DNA of 64,000 bases from the NCBI GenBank assembly GCA_030141605.1, contig JAQGDQ010000002.1, positions 1,488,001-1,552,000 of the forward strand, written 5' to 3'. The DNA comes from Tubiluchus corallicola (lineage: Eukaryota; Animalia; Priapulida). Each line of letters begins with the position of its first letter. Within the stretch, counting starts at the first letter, position 1. The notes below the pieces were generated by a model. That model ran no database searches. It was given only the letters and a program-made list of their open reading frames with translations, and was not told the origin of the DNA. The position numbers and the translations under genes are program-made. Shown in pieces: positions 36,023 to 47,541 of the stretch.

Positions 36023-37257
36023 GCTGCTGCTCAGTATATAGTTATAATATAATAAACTGAAAGTTAAAAAAACAGACATTATAGTTGGTACATGAATTGT
36101 AGTTATTGAACATGAGTTTGTTGAAAAACACGACTCAAACAATAGGTATGCTTTTACAGCAACACAAAAAATCTGAAAAATCTGAAAAATTTAGTTAGTA
36201 CTAGACTATTGTAGGAGAAACAATATCTGTCATTTTGTTTGCAGGTCTGTAAATTGCAAATAGATCTCTCATGTGAAACATCAGTATACATGGGATTTGG
36301 CATGCAGCCAGGAAACAAAGCATAAAAGTTTTACATTACTAGCAGTTTTTTTGAAAACACAATGCAGCACAACATGTTTTAACGAAATTACAATTATGTA
36401 AAAAAATTGTAAAAAGTTGTTTTCAAAATAAAGAATGCTTTGGGCAAACCAACAACATCTTTGTTTAAATGAAACATGCTTCGTCAATCAAAAAAGAATG
36501 TCAAACCTCAGCTTTATTAAAACTAAGCATAGCTGACACTGAACATTAAGCAGGGACTTACTGTGCTTCAAGTACTAGCCCAATGCAATTTGAAATTAGT
36601 AACATACCATTAGAGATTCATACAGCTAAAATATAATCAGTTTTCATTCCTACCTCTCGCTTTAGTGCCTCTAAAGCCACTTCTTTGTTGTATCATTGAT
36701 TGCATGCATTATACAAACACGTCATCAATGAAAATAAATTTCAATTTTGAGTATACAATATACATGTACTTCAAATGACAGAAAACATATTAAATTCTCT
36801 CTATGGTCAAAAATAAAATTTGACAGAGTTTCGCTCATGAACATCCGAGGCTGGATGTAAGAAAATATTTCTCAGTGCTCAGCTCAGCTGATCAACGAAA
36901 AAAATTTAGGCCAGGAAAGGGAGCTGATTCAGTAAAGAAATTTGAACAGTTTCTAAATAATCATTGGCACAATTTTCCATGGAAATATAATTACACTACC
37001 AAATAAACTGCATCTCATTATCACAGAGTTGTTAGAAACATGTTAAAGAGAGTGCAGCAGAGAACAGTTTGTTTTTTAACCTATTGCCAGTACAAGAGCC
37101 TGGCAAGTTTGCTACATTGCCTTAAATGCATGTCATCATTTTATAAACCCAAACTTGCTTGCGAACACCTGCAAAGAATAAAAATGTAACCACAGACAGC
37201 CTCTCCTAAACGATTTATAAAATTGAGACAGATTTCATGCCTTAACAGTTTCACTAT

Positions 37258-37932
37258 TAAGTGAATTCCAAGGGTCTACAACACAAGAAGAGAAGTGAGC
37301 TCAAATATTAGTGCAATAGTATAGCACAAATAATTTAGAGTTGTGTTAAGTTTTACTAAAAACTCTGAATAATGAATACTTATACTTCTTTCAATAACGT
37401 ATTTTCCAAGCTTAGCATTTATATTTTTCAAACTTTATGTTATTATAACTGTCAGTCTTATTTAAGCAAGGTGAAATCACAATAATTTCCCTGCATTGTC
37501 TTGCATACCAATGTCCAACATAATTTCTTTTCACAGCAATACCTGTACTATACATCTATACAATACAAATGATCCATTGCTAAAAAATTATCGTTCTCAT
37601 TTAAGCAGTATCATCAAAATGCTCATTTTCCAAGCCATGCATTGTTATCTTATTATTTTATTTTAGCAAGGAAACTATAACCATTTCTTCACACAATCTG
37701 GTATACTAATGTCACACATCATTTCTTTTGCATTATTCTAGCTTAACATTTTCATTTTGAAACGTGATGTTGAAATACTCATCGTTCTTATTTAAGTGTA
37801 ATCATAAAAACTTCTCTAAACTATAACAACTCTAATAAATTATTTGTGCAATACTATTGCACTAATATTAGAGCTCACTTCTCTTCTTGTGTTTGTGGAC
37901 CATTCTCTTTGTGGACCCTTGGAATTCACTTA
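37258..37932. mobile_element. MITE with about 90-bp terminal inverted repeats, TA flanks
   Basis: TAAGTGAATTCCAAGGGTC..ACACAAGAAGAGAAGTGAGCTCAAATATTAGTGCAATAGTATAGCACAAATAATTTA (37258-37340) versus its reverse complement at about 37836-37932; the interior has two degenerate direct repeats. Confidence 0.85.
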
Positions 37933-40602
37933 GTTCTGTATGTCAATGTCTGATACTCTGTACAGTCTGATACAATTATGAATCCTATAATTAATAAATT
38001 GTCTAATTGATTCACATAAACTTACATAGTGAAAAAACATATCAAACCACCCCTGTTACACATAGTGCCCAAACCATAGAGCAAACTTTGTCAATGTGCT
38101 GTAGTGTTTAGGACTTTTAGTCGTACACTGCACATACTTATTCCATTTTTAAATATAAGCTTAATTATTGTTTGCTTAAGTCTATTGTGAAATAAATATA
38201 TCTTATATTTTATATCTTCTGTTCACATAATTCACATAGAGGTCTAGAAAACAACTTGTCACTAGGTATAATAGAATAACCACCGATGGTTAATAAGGTT
38301 CAAAGTATGATGACATTGTTTAAGAGAAAATAAATAATCTGCTTGAATATCAGATGTGCTAGATTAATATCAACTGAGTTCTTGCCAAGTATTTTTAAAG
38401 TCACATACTGGGGTGACCAAATAATGCATTAATGAGTAACTAAGTAAGTATTTAAGCATGACTGCAGACTGATACACCTTCCTGTTAAAAATGACTAATT
38501 TTTGAAGTAATTGAAATCTTTTCTTCCTCTAGAATGAGTAGAAAAATCAACCAACTGGTTACTTGAATTGCTAAATGCAGTTAATGATAAAAATAGGTTT
38601 TAAAAGTACTTTTGGAAGTTTTTTGCAAGTTGACAAGTTTGCTTGTAAAACGTCTACCACCACTTGGCGGAATTTCAACAAGCTGAGGAGGCGACCTGAT
38701 ATACCAACTAGCCTAAGTTTCCACCGAGAAAAGTGAACCCTGTTTTACGCTACCAAATCGCACTAACGGATTAGTTTGATCATGACACGATATTATTACA
38801 GCACTTAAGGCTAACTGAGGCACGGGAGCTAAAGCTGTATCTTTTGCCACTTAAATTTGCAGCAAATGGATAATACTGGAAACACTTTGGAGTTACTCTG
38901 CAGAAAACTAATGGTGAAATAAGATGATATTTGACCATAACATTTTCATAGTGTAAAATAGGCGCTCTACCTTGTTCAAGTAATACGGTGTCATTTAATG
39001 CATATCACAGTTAAATTTAGTTATAACAACCCTTTAATTCCTAATCCTCTATGATGACTTTGGTATGTATGTATCTTAAGATGACTTTGGTATGTATGCA
39101 CAGTACAACAGACTATATAAAATCTATAATGAGCTCAGGTAGTTTTTTTTGGTAAGTAATCTTTAGTAAGAGCATTTGCTTAATAAGAGTGATTTAGGTA
39201 GAATAGGTGTCTATTTGATTACATTTAGTAATAAATTTTGTCTTGTTAAACTCAGCTGACAACAATTCGAAATATCAATGGACATACCTAGTTTCCTCAC
39301 TTACCTCAAAGTCATGATGGCAGCTTTAAGCCCTGTATATTATCTGGCCATATATTATAACAATATCAAATCTTTTATAGAAAAAACTATTTTGAGACAT
39401 CATCAAGGCAATGTCAGCATTCATATTAATTATGACAAATCATCATAATGTAATAATAAAACCAAAAAACAAAAGTCAAAGCATGACCTGCTTTATCATA
39501 ATGGTGAGCAAGCTGTGGGATTGGCCTAAGAATATAGATACTCTAAGAGAGGTCCGATACACTGACAGCATAAAAAAGTAGTCTTGGGCTCTAATAATTA
39601 CTAATGACAAATAACTTAACTTATGAGGTAGCCCTCAGCTACTACAAATTAGAAACTCTACCAATCATACCTCAAAAGTATTAATATAGGATACCTCTAG
39701 TGCATAAATTTGTGTATTACATTTTTAAAACCGTCGATCATTTGTACTTTTCTAACTTCTTCTTATACGGAATTCCATTGGTTTATTTCTGTGTTTGCAA
39801 AGCTGTACTTAGCTCTGTGCTTGTAAGATTTGGGTAAATGACCTCTGATGAAAGTATGACTTAAGGTGAAGAAAGTTTCGTAATCGATGTCACAGAGACT
39901 GCATAAAATCTTAAGCGTTTCGATCAATCTACTAGGTCTTCTACAAAAAGAGAATCGATGGAATGTTGATGTCCTTATTAAAGCATGGGTCCCAAACATG
40001 ACTTAATAGTCTAAGTGAGGTCTGAAGATACATATAAAATAGTAGGACCGTAGTATGCCATGAGATGATCTTGAGGTGATTCTTTTTGATATTAGTCCAG
40101 AAAGCTGATTTACTTCCTTCGCTTTGCTAACAATATGGCTGTGGGGAAGTTGAGGCACCAGTGGTGAGCCCAAAGTCTACATTTATGGTTGACTGCTGGT
40201 AAAATAGTGTGGTTAATTTGTAACTTGTAATTTATTGTCCACTTCAGCATGATTACATTATCTCATTGTAACTATATATCAAATCAATTACATGAATTAC
40301 ATTTCAAATCAATGTAATGACAATAATTATAAAAAGAACTATATTAATATAGTTACTAACTACATAATAGTTTATCAACAGGAAAAATGTGCTGAGAAAA
40401 AACTGCTTAACAAGAGAAAAATAGGAAAACAGAAAATAGTTAAGATAAAATAATAGACAAAGATAGAGAAAAGGAGAAAAGAAATGACATAGAAAGGAGT
40501 TCAGCAGAGACGTGATGCAAACGTATGAAAATATAAACTGTAATGTAACCAGTCGCGGTGTACTGTAACTATCGCACTTCACGGCAAAACCCAAAAAATG
40601 CA

Positions 40603-40950
40603 TTATAAGTAAGATTTGAGCAGAAGAGATTTCATATATCTCTTAAAGCCATATAATTTTCGATGTGTTTTGACATAAATTGATATTTTATTCCATAGAT
40701 TTGTAGTGGTAAATTTTAAAAAGTGTCTATCAACATTGGTCCTGCAAAATGGAATATAATATTCATTAAATCTAGTGAAGTGATTATGCTGATGATGATT
40801 ATTGTTACGTCCTACAAGCAACTCCAACAGCCTTAACCCATATGGTTAATCACTGTTGCAAAAAAGCCTCAATATGTTGTGAGTGTATGAATGATTGATA
40901 ACCGGATACACCATACTTATCACTATACGAATCGTGTTATACCGCCTTGT
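40603..40950 (-). mobile_element. L2-clade/CR1-like LINE 3' fragment
   Basis: HNHFTR..YIPFCRTNVDRHFLKFTTTNLWNKI..FKRYMKSLLL resembles the H.YNTR..RT....S..Y.G..LWN.LP..FK..LK..L end of ORF2. Confidence 0.65.
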
Positions 40951-41286
40951 AAAAAACTAAATAACTAATATACATCGGCTGATTAGTTTATTAAGAAATA
41001 AAAAACATACTGAAAATGAACTATTTGTTTTACAGTTCAGTTCAGTGCCTAGAGCTTTTTGTAAGAAGGTGAGCAGTCAAAACCTGCTACTCCGCTGAAA
41101 GAAGAAAAATAAATTTAAACTAAACTCAATTCCAATCTCACGACGTCCCTTCATCACGTCTTGCCTCAATCAATATTTTGAAACAATAACCAACTCACAC
41201 ACTCCTAATCTAAAATACCTTCCCAAACAACCTTTCCTCTCTCCTTTTCATAAAAAATGCAACGTAACAAATTATTTATAATTTAC

Positions 41287-41620
41287 CTTTAAGCTTTACA
41301 ATTATAGACATGTAAATGAGTAACAACGGTGGCCAGCAGCTGCGAGTCGTGACATATGCAATCGAACAAACGATAAAGTTGTGCTTCTGACGAGTTCAAG
41401 ATCTACAGCAACATTAATATAAACTAAAAATAAAATTTAATAAGGAGTAGCGAAGGGCTAAAACAATCAAATAACTCATAAACAACAATGTCATTTTTAT
41501 AAAATGCGATTTTAGAATGTGCTTGCGACGGACACGAACTTGTACGCCGCTTTAGCATGGCTGCGCACATGTTTGTAAAGTTTATGTGCATTAAGAATGT
41601 TTTTTCTGTTTCAGCCAAGT
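41287..41620. promoter_or_regulatory. Probable bidirectional promoter and first non-coding exons of CHP1 (-) and NDUFAF1 (+)
   Basis: Local CpG enrichment, a minus-strand donor AAAG|GTAAAT at 41287/41286, a plus-strand GCATGGCTGC motif, and a possible donor AA|GTAACA near 41619. Both genes have an acceptor site just upstream of their ATG, so each probably has an upstream exon. Confidence 0.4.
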
Positions 41621-41792
41621 AACAGTTTTTGACAGCTGACCTTGGTACAAAAAGGTTTGAGACCCGGAACTGAACTGAAGTCTCATCGAGCTTTTAACTC
41701 ACCTTTGCAGCTACACCCGTCATTTTGACACTTATTATGGGGTCTCCCTAATTCGATGGTTTCGTTGTTTCTTCGGTGTCCAAAAAATCTGG

Positions 41793-42225
41793 TTAGATGG
41801 ACTTGTTGTACGTAGTTTTGGACGCAGCGGACGTAAGTTGAGCGCCCATTTACTAAACTAATGGAACTACGTAATTTTGGACATGATAGACGTAACTTCG
41901 AGCAGCCATTCGCTAAATTGAAGACCTATTTTGATGGACTTGATTTACGTTAATTTACTATGTGTATTTGAATGCCATGGATGTAGTTTCGAGCTTCCAT
42001 CCACTAACTAATTTAAAGTAGATTGATGGCGTAATTCGTCACGTAGTAGGTATAATGTTGAGCGCCAGCTAGACATTAGTTTGAGCGTGATAGACTATAT
42101 AAGCCACGTACACAAATTTGATTAGTTTTCCCCCACAGGATTTTTTTTAACTACGTCCATTAAATTAGTGAATCAAGTTCCAACTTACGTCCATTGCGTC
42201 CAAGTTATGTTCATCATGTCCATTA
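41793..42225. mobile_element. MITE with about 80-bp imperfect TIRs built from GGACGTAA/G motifs
   Basis: TTGGACGCAGCGGACGTAAGTTG (41817-41839) versus CAACTTACGTCCATTGCGTCCAA (42181-42203); internal reiterations of ATGGAC/ACGTA. Confidence 0.7.
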
Positions 42226-43714
42226 ATTTATACTTTGCCTTTATTGATAGCCTTGCATGTAAGGCAACCAAAACTTGGTTATATCATACGCTCGTTTTGT
42301 ATACAACTTTTCGTGGCACTTGCACTTTAACTATAATCGCTATAATGACATGATACATTACAATTACAGTACAGTATATACAATGCATCATGCAAACATA
42401 CCTGCATCATTTTAGTTGCGATAAAATGCCTGAACTCTGAAGACTGATACACCTGAATGATATTTAATATAGTTTGGTTACCAGTTAACCATTACCACAT
42501 TTGTGAAGTTGTGACTTAATTAGAGACCCAGAGTTCCATAATTTTAGGTTAGGGTTTAGATATGTGGATAAAATGTACTGTATTCCTCAACTGTTATAGT
42601 AATAGCTTGCCTTTAATTTATTAGCTGGGCTTGCAGGTAATTTTGCCCTGTTGGTTTCCCGCTTATAACGCTTCCTAAACAGATGTCACCACATTGTACA
42701 TTATATACATTAGGCCTACGCAATGTATTAATACCAGCCCTGTTTACATCACCGATGTCACTATTGAAGTAACAGAAGCTGTACATAAGAAAACACTACT
42801 AAATATTAGGTCTTTTGAGACAAAGTAATCCAAGTATTTTATATTTTAATAAAAAATTGAAAATGCTGAACATTTTCTGAGAACAGGTTATTATGAAAGA
42901 ATTCAGAATTCATACAATTCGGTATCCTGTAACTGCTGCAAACTGGAATCCAGCGTTCAATAACAGAATCTACTTTAACTGGTTTGTAGCGACAAGATCG
43001 GAACCTGAGTCATTTTCAAAGCGATACCTCTAAGAGGAGCATTGAACCAGCAGAGGTATCTTAGTCACGTTCGTACGTGTGGAAGCCAGCCTCCATCTAG
43101 GAGGTAAACAACCAGAATCAGTCCAAATGGATGAATTTGGATACATCCAAAACAAGAATCAAAGCAGTTCACCTTAGTATTTATTAACTAACCACTAGAC
43201 TAGCCTTAGCGCCATTCTTAACTTCAGTCGCGAAGCATGATGCCTTAATCATTCAGCCATGCACCCAGCCTCATAAATGATATGAGCCTAATTTCATTGG
43301 TTTGTTGATGTTGTAGCACACTTTCAGCAATTCATACTAGCAGCTTTTACAACTGGGAACTGTACTGTAAAAAAGCACAGGCACTGTACCTGATCAACAG
43401 AACATACTACACTTATGAATTCACTTTGTAGCCTTATGCCATGACAGCAGCCCTGGGAAACTATAGCTCAACAATAATCTAAAAATTTGAAATTGTGAAC
43501 TGAAAATTTGCCCTTTTTTGTGTTTCAAGTTTTTGTGTGTCAGAAAACAGAAAACAAAATAATTTTAAAATTATATAATTAGCAATTATGAGTTTTGGTA
43601 ACAACTGATTGTTCCAAGCTCCAAATTGCAGAAAGCTAATAAAATTAGTTAACAGTTTTTCTAGTGTAAGTGAACTAACTTTACAGTTTTTCTAGTGTAA
43701 GTGAACTAACTTTG

Positions 43715-43870
43715 TAAATGCTGAATTGGTTAGCGTACTATAAGATTGAATGAGGACCTGTTATGGTCACTGGAGGCTGGACACAATATTCTGGTGATCG
43801 TGACATTTGCTTGTAAACGAGAGGTTTCAAGGTTCAAATCCAGGCTGCATTCCAAATTCTATTTCTGTCA
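43715..43870 (+). mobile_element. tRNA-like/SINE-like segment related to the right arm of the 30897-31376 foldback
   Basis: AAATGCTGAATTGGTTAGC..TCACTGGAGG..CATTTGCTTGTAA..GGTTCAAATCCAGGCTGCATTCCAA parallels 31189-31312 and has a canonical B-box GGTTCAAATCC (43831-43841). Preceded by a 31-bp tandem duplication (43652-43713). Confidence 0.55.
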
Positions 43871-44925
43871 AACTAGTTTGGTTCCAAAATCTAACAATTT
43901 TAGTTTGTTCTATTATCCCATTGCTCCAGCTATTTTTTGCACAGTACTGTCTTTGCCCTGAATGTTTACATTCCATTTGTGCACTTTTGTTATAATCTTT
44001 CAGTTGTTTAGCCTCTACATTTCGTTCCGTTGCCAAAAGTGACTTTCAAGTAATGATTGTAATTTTTTATTTTTTTATTAATATTTTTTGAGCTGCAGAC
44101 ACTGAGTGGTAGACATAATATAATGGTAATCTCTGTGTCTGCATGTATTATACTATAATATAATAGGTAGTTGCGTACACAATGTGTTGCGCTGTCTGTG
44201 TGTTTTTATTATAATATTTTAACATTGTAATTTGGTTTACCTGCCTCTTCAGCTCTGAAGATAGTCAGATTTTTTTCACTTAAAGCTGTGTTGCAACAGT
44301 GTTTTGCCCTATTTTCAGTAAGTACTGAACTGTTTCTCAGTTATGAGATGTGTGATTGATTAATAAATTAAATGTACTGTCATTTCCTGTGACATGAGTC
44401 ATCCAGTTTCATTAACTTGCTTCTAGGCTTTGTTACCAGCTACCAGTATTATTTACCTCTGAACCCTTTTTATGTACAGTTTAGTACCCAATGAGCATAC
44501 ACTAGACCAAGACTTACAAGGATGTTGAATGTTGATTTACTAGTATTAGTTTATTCTTGGTGGAAAAATAAAATTTGTCAAGATGTCTCCGAAATGAGAT
44601 AAGGAGGAGCCTTAGCAACGTAGGGGTGTTTACAGTCTACCTCTTTGCTGCACGTTTTAGTTGCAGTTACTAAGATGCTTTCCAGTATTTGATCCGACAA
44701 GCAAGACATATATAATAATAGCGAGTAAATCACACTCATGACTTATCTTGGCTTGCTGTCAATTATGTAGCTTGTATAATAACATTTTTCCACACATTTT
44801 TCAGGTATGGTATTAGTACCATTTGCAAAAGATTATGAATACAAAGTATTTTCATACTGAAGTATAACTCAAAAATTCATGCAAACATGTTTGCTGGAAT
44901 TATCTAAACAACGACAAAAAACAAA

Positions 44926-47541
44926 ATGATTAGTGGACTGACTGGAAGTGTTTCAGACTTGCTGCAACCAAAAGTTACATCAATACTGATAGTGACTCGC
45001 TCGCGGTGGAAATGGAGATTCGGTACTAAAAACCCTTCTCTCACTGTGTGGGAACCGCCTCCAAAAGACTTAGCTCGTTACAGCTTTCCAAAGGAACTGA
45101 GAAAAGCTATGGACAAAGAACGCTTAAAAGTTGGTTTTACAGAGCTAAAGAAAGAAATTATCAAATGGAAAGATGAACAAAAAGAAAGAATCCTTTGTGA
45201 TCCATTATTAGTGCTGCGTCACCGTGATTATGAATATGTCTGGAAATTTGATTCAAGAGAAAGTTTGGAAAATTGGGTAGTAACGAGCGACAAAGATCAT
45301 AAAATTGGTAAAAGTGAAGCAAAACTTGACCTGAGTCCGACAAAAAAGGCTCTGTTTTATGGAACATTAAACTGTGATCCACCTACGGATGGGGTTCACA
45401 AAATGTCGGGTTTTACAAATATAAAATGTGTTAGAGCTTATGTGAGTATAGCAGTATTGTATTGTGTAATTTTTAGCTTAACAAGGAAGAACTATGCTGT
45501 ATTTTTATCCGAGAGCACTAGCATCGCCATTTGGTTAAAAGGGTCAAGAACACTGGAGGTTCCTTAGTTTTTCAACTGACAGTGAACTCCTCCTCAAATT
45601 CTTTCTCATAATTATTTAGGTAATCTGGGATACATGTGTCCCTGGGCTTTTAAAAAACTGGGATTCTTTAAGGACCCTATATAGGAGGCAAAATACATAA
45701 CACTGAATAAGTAAAACTATAGTAAGTAGAATCACGAAACTAGCATGGCCCGGGAGCCAAAATGTGAAAATTAGAGCATCCACTTTTAATTTTTGTTAAC
45801 TCACAAACACAAAAGGATAGACACATGTAATTCTCAGGATAGACACCTAGGGCAAATTAGGGCAAGCTGCTTAATCAAACTTAAGTAAACCGCCTTGTAT
45901 CAGATACAGTCATGTGATATTAGTCATGAGCAACGTGCACACTGGGTAGTCACATTTGAGCATAATAATCTGCAAGTATTGACATGAATTAACCACACTC
46001 AACCAGACATGGTTACGGCATTAAGTTCGCAGATTTGGAACAGAAATCATTGGGTTTTCTTACTAGAATTCTATTCTGTTTTAATATATAGACTTAAATA
46101 CCTGTATGCTACACTGGATGGAGTTTTCATACATAATTATATATACATATTATCCATATATCCTCCATATTTACAGACACACACCAGCAGAATTATTATA
46201 ATTCATTAGAAGAGCAGAATACATAGAAAATTTACAAAACTTCTACACTAAGGTCTCACATCATAGCATAAAGAAATTATAATGAATTTGCCTCATCTAA
46301 AAGAAAAGTTTAGTTTTTTAGCTCAATGTTTCTCTAACTTGCTACTTTATTTATTCACTGCTGCATTAAAACAGCAGTCGTCACTAAATTGTTTTAGCGT
46401 GTACTTACTAGCGAGCAACAATCTGATATTTAGTACACTTTTCCTAGATGTTTCTAGAGCTTGATGTCACATTATATGTAGTTTTCAGCTTGTACACGTC
46501 TCTTTCAGAAATCATTTAAAAGAGGTACGACGTTAGACTGGTCCATGTATACTCACCTACTAATGAGGATACGGGGTGACGGTCGATCCTACATGCTCAA
46601 CTTACACACAGCTGGTTACTTTGATGTCAAGTGGCATGACATGTACCAGTATGTGCTTTTTACCAGAGGTGGTCCCTACTGGCAAATTGTCAAGGTTGGT
46701 TGATATTTTGAAACAATGAGTAATAACTGTTTTTAATTGGTGCTATAGGCAACTGTCCATTTGGTTCACATTTTTAGTTAAAACATAATATTTGTGGCTT
46801 TGATCACTACATCTTTTTGGTGGCTACCAATGCTAACTAACTAGTGTAAGAGGGTTACATTATTTTCAAATTTGCAGCTGATATAAATTTTTTGCCAGAT
46901 GCAAAATGCTGTTGTTCTATACCGCTGTAGAATATTCGTAGCCTACATTTATTATGACTATTTTGAGGATGTTTTTGTTTTCTGTGTAAAACTAGCATTT
47001 AATCCTGTCATATTGAACATGAAAAACTCACGTACGTATCGAGTCCTGCATGGGATATTTGGCATTATCAGTAATAATTCAAAATTTTAATCCCTTATTG
47101 ACTTGTCACGAGTGCTTATTAGACTAACGTAAAAAGTGTTTATTCATGTAGTATAGACTATCCCATTTGTTTAATGCCTTACATTCCTGTGGTTGTTTAG
47201 TGTGACTCTTTGTAATATACAGGCTTTGCTAGGATTTTGTCTTCTTGCATTTTTTTTCTATATTAACACTCTTGTTGTAAATTTATTTCTCACAAATAGA
47301 CTTTGGATTTTTTCAGATACCATTTTCTAAGTTTCTTCTATCTTTCAAAGGACGAGTTCAGGACAAGCAGACCCCGATTCCTCTTAACGGCATCACTGCA
47401 TTTGGGATTACACTTATGGACAAAATTCCCGGAAATTTTAGTCTCGAAGTTGACTACATCGGTTTATATTTTGATGCAAATCACACAGAAGAATTTGCTT
47501 ATGAAATGTATAAAACAAAGCCATTTGTGGCTGGTATATAA
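44926..47541 (+). CDS. NDUFAF1: Complex I intermediate-associated protein 30 (NDUFAF1/CIA30), about 308 aa
   Basis: Exons 44926-45441, 46509-46694, 47317-47541 (927 nt). W.[92 protein letters not shown]. Start codon less certain. Confidence 0.95.

Noticed and set aside
38595-38988. Possible mariner-type MITE ending AAGTAATACGGT
   Set aside because: I could not find a matching left TIR.
43790-43860. Functional tRNA gene
   Set aside because: A B-box is present but there is no acceptor stem or cloverleaf; treated as repeat-derived. The same applies to 14881 and 31255-31312.
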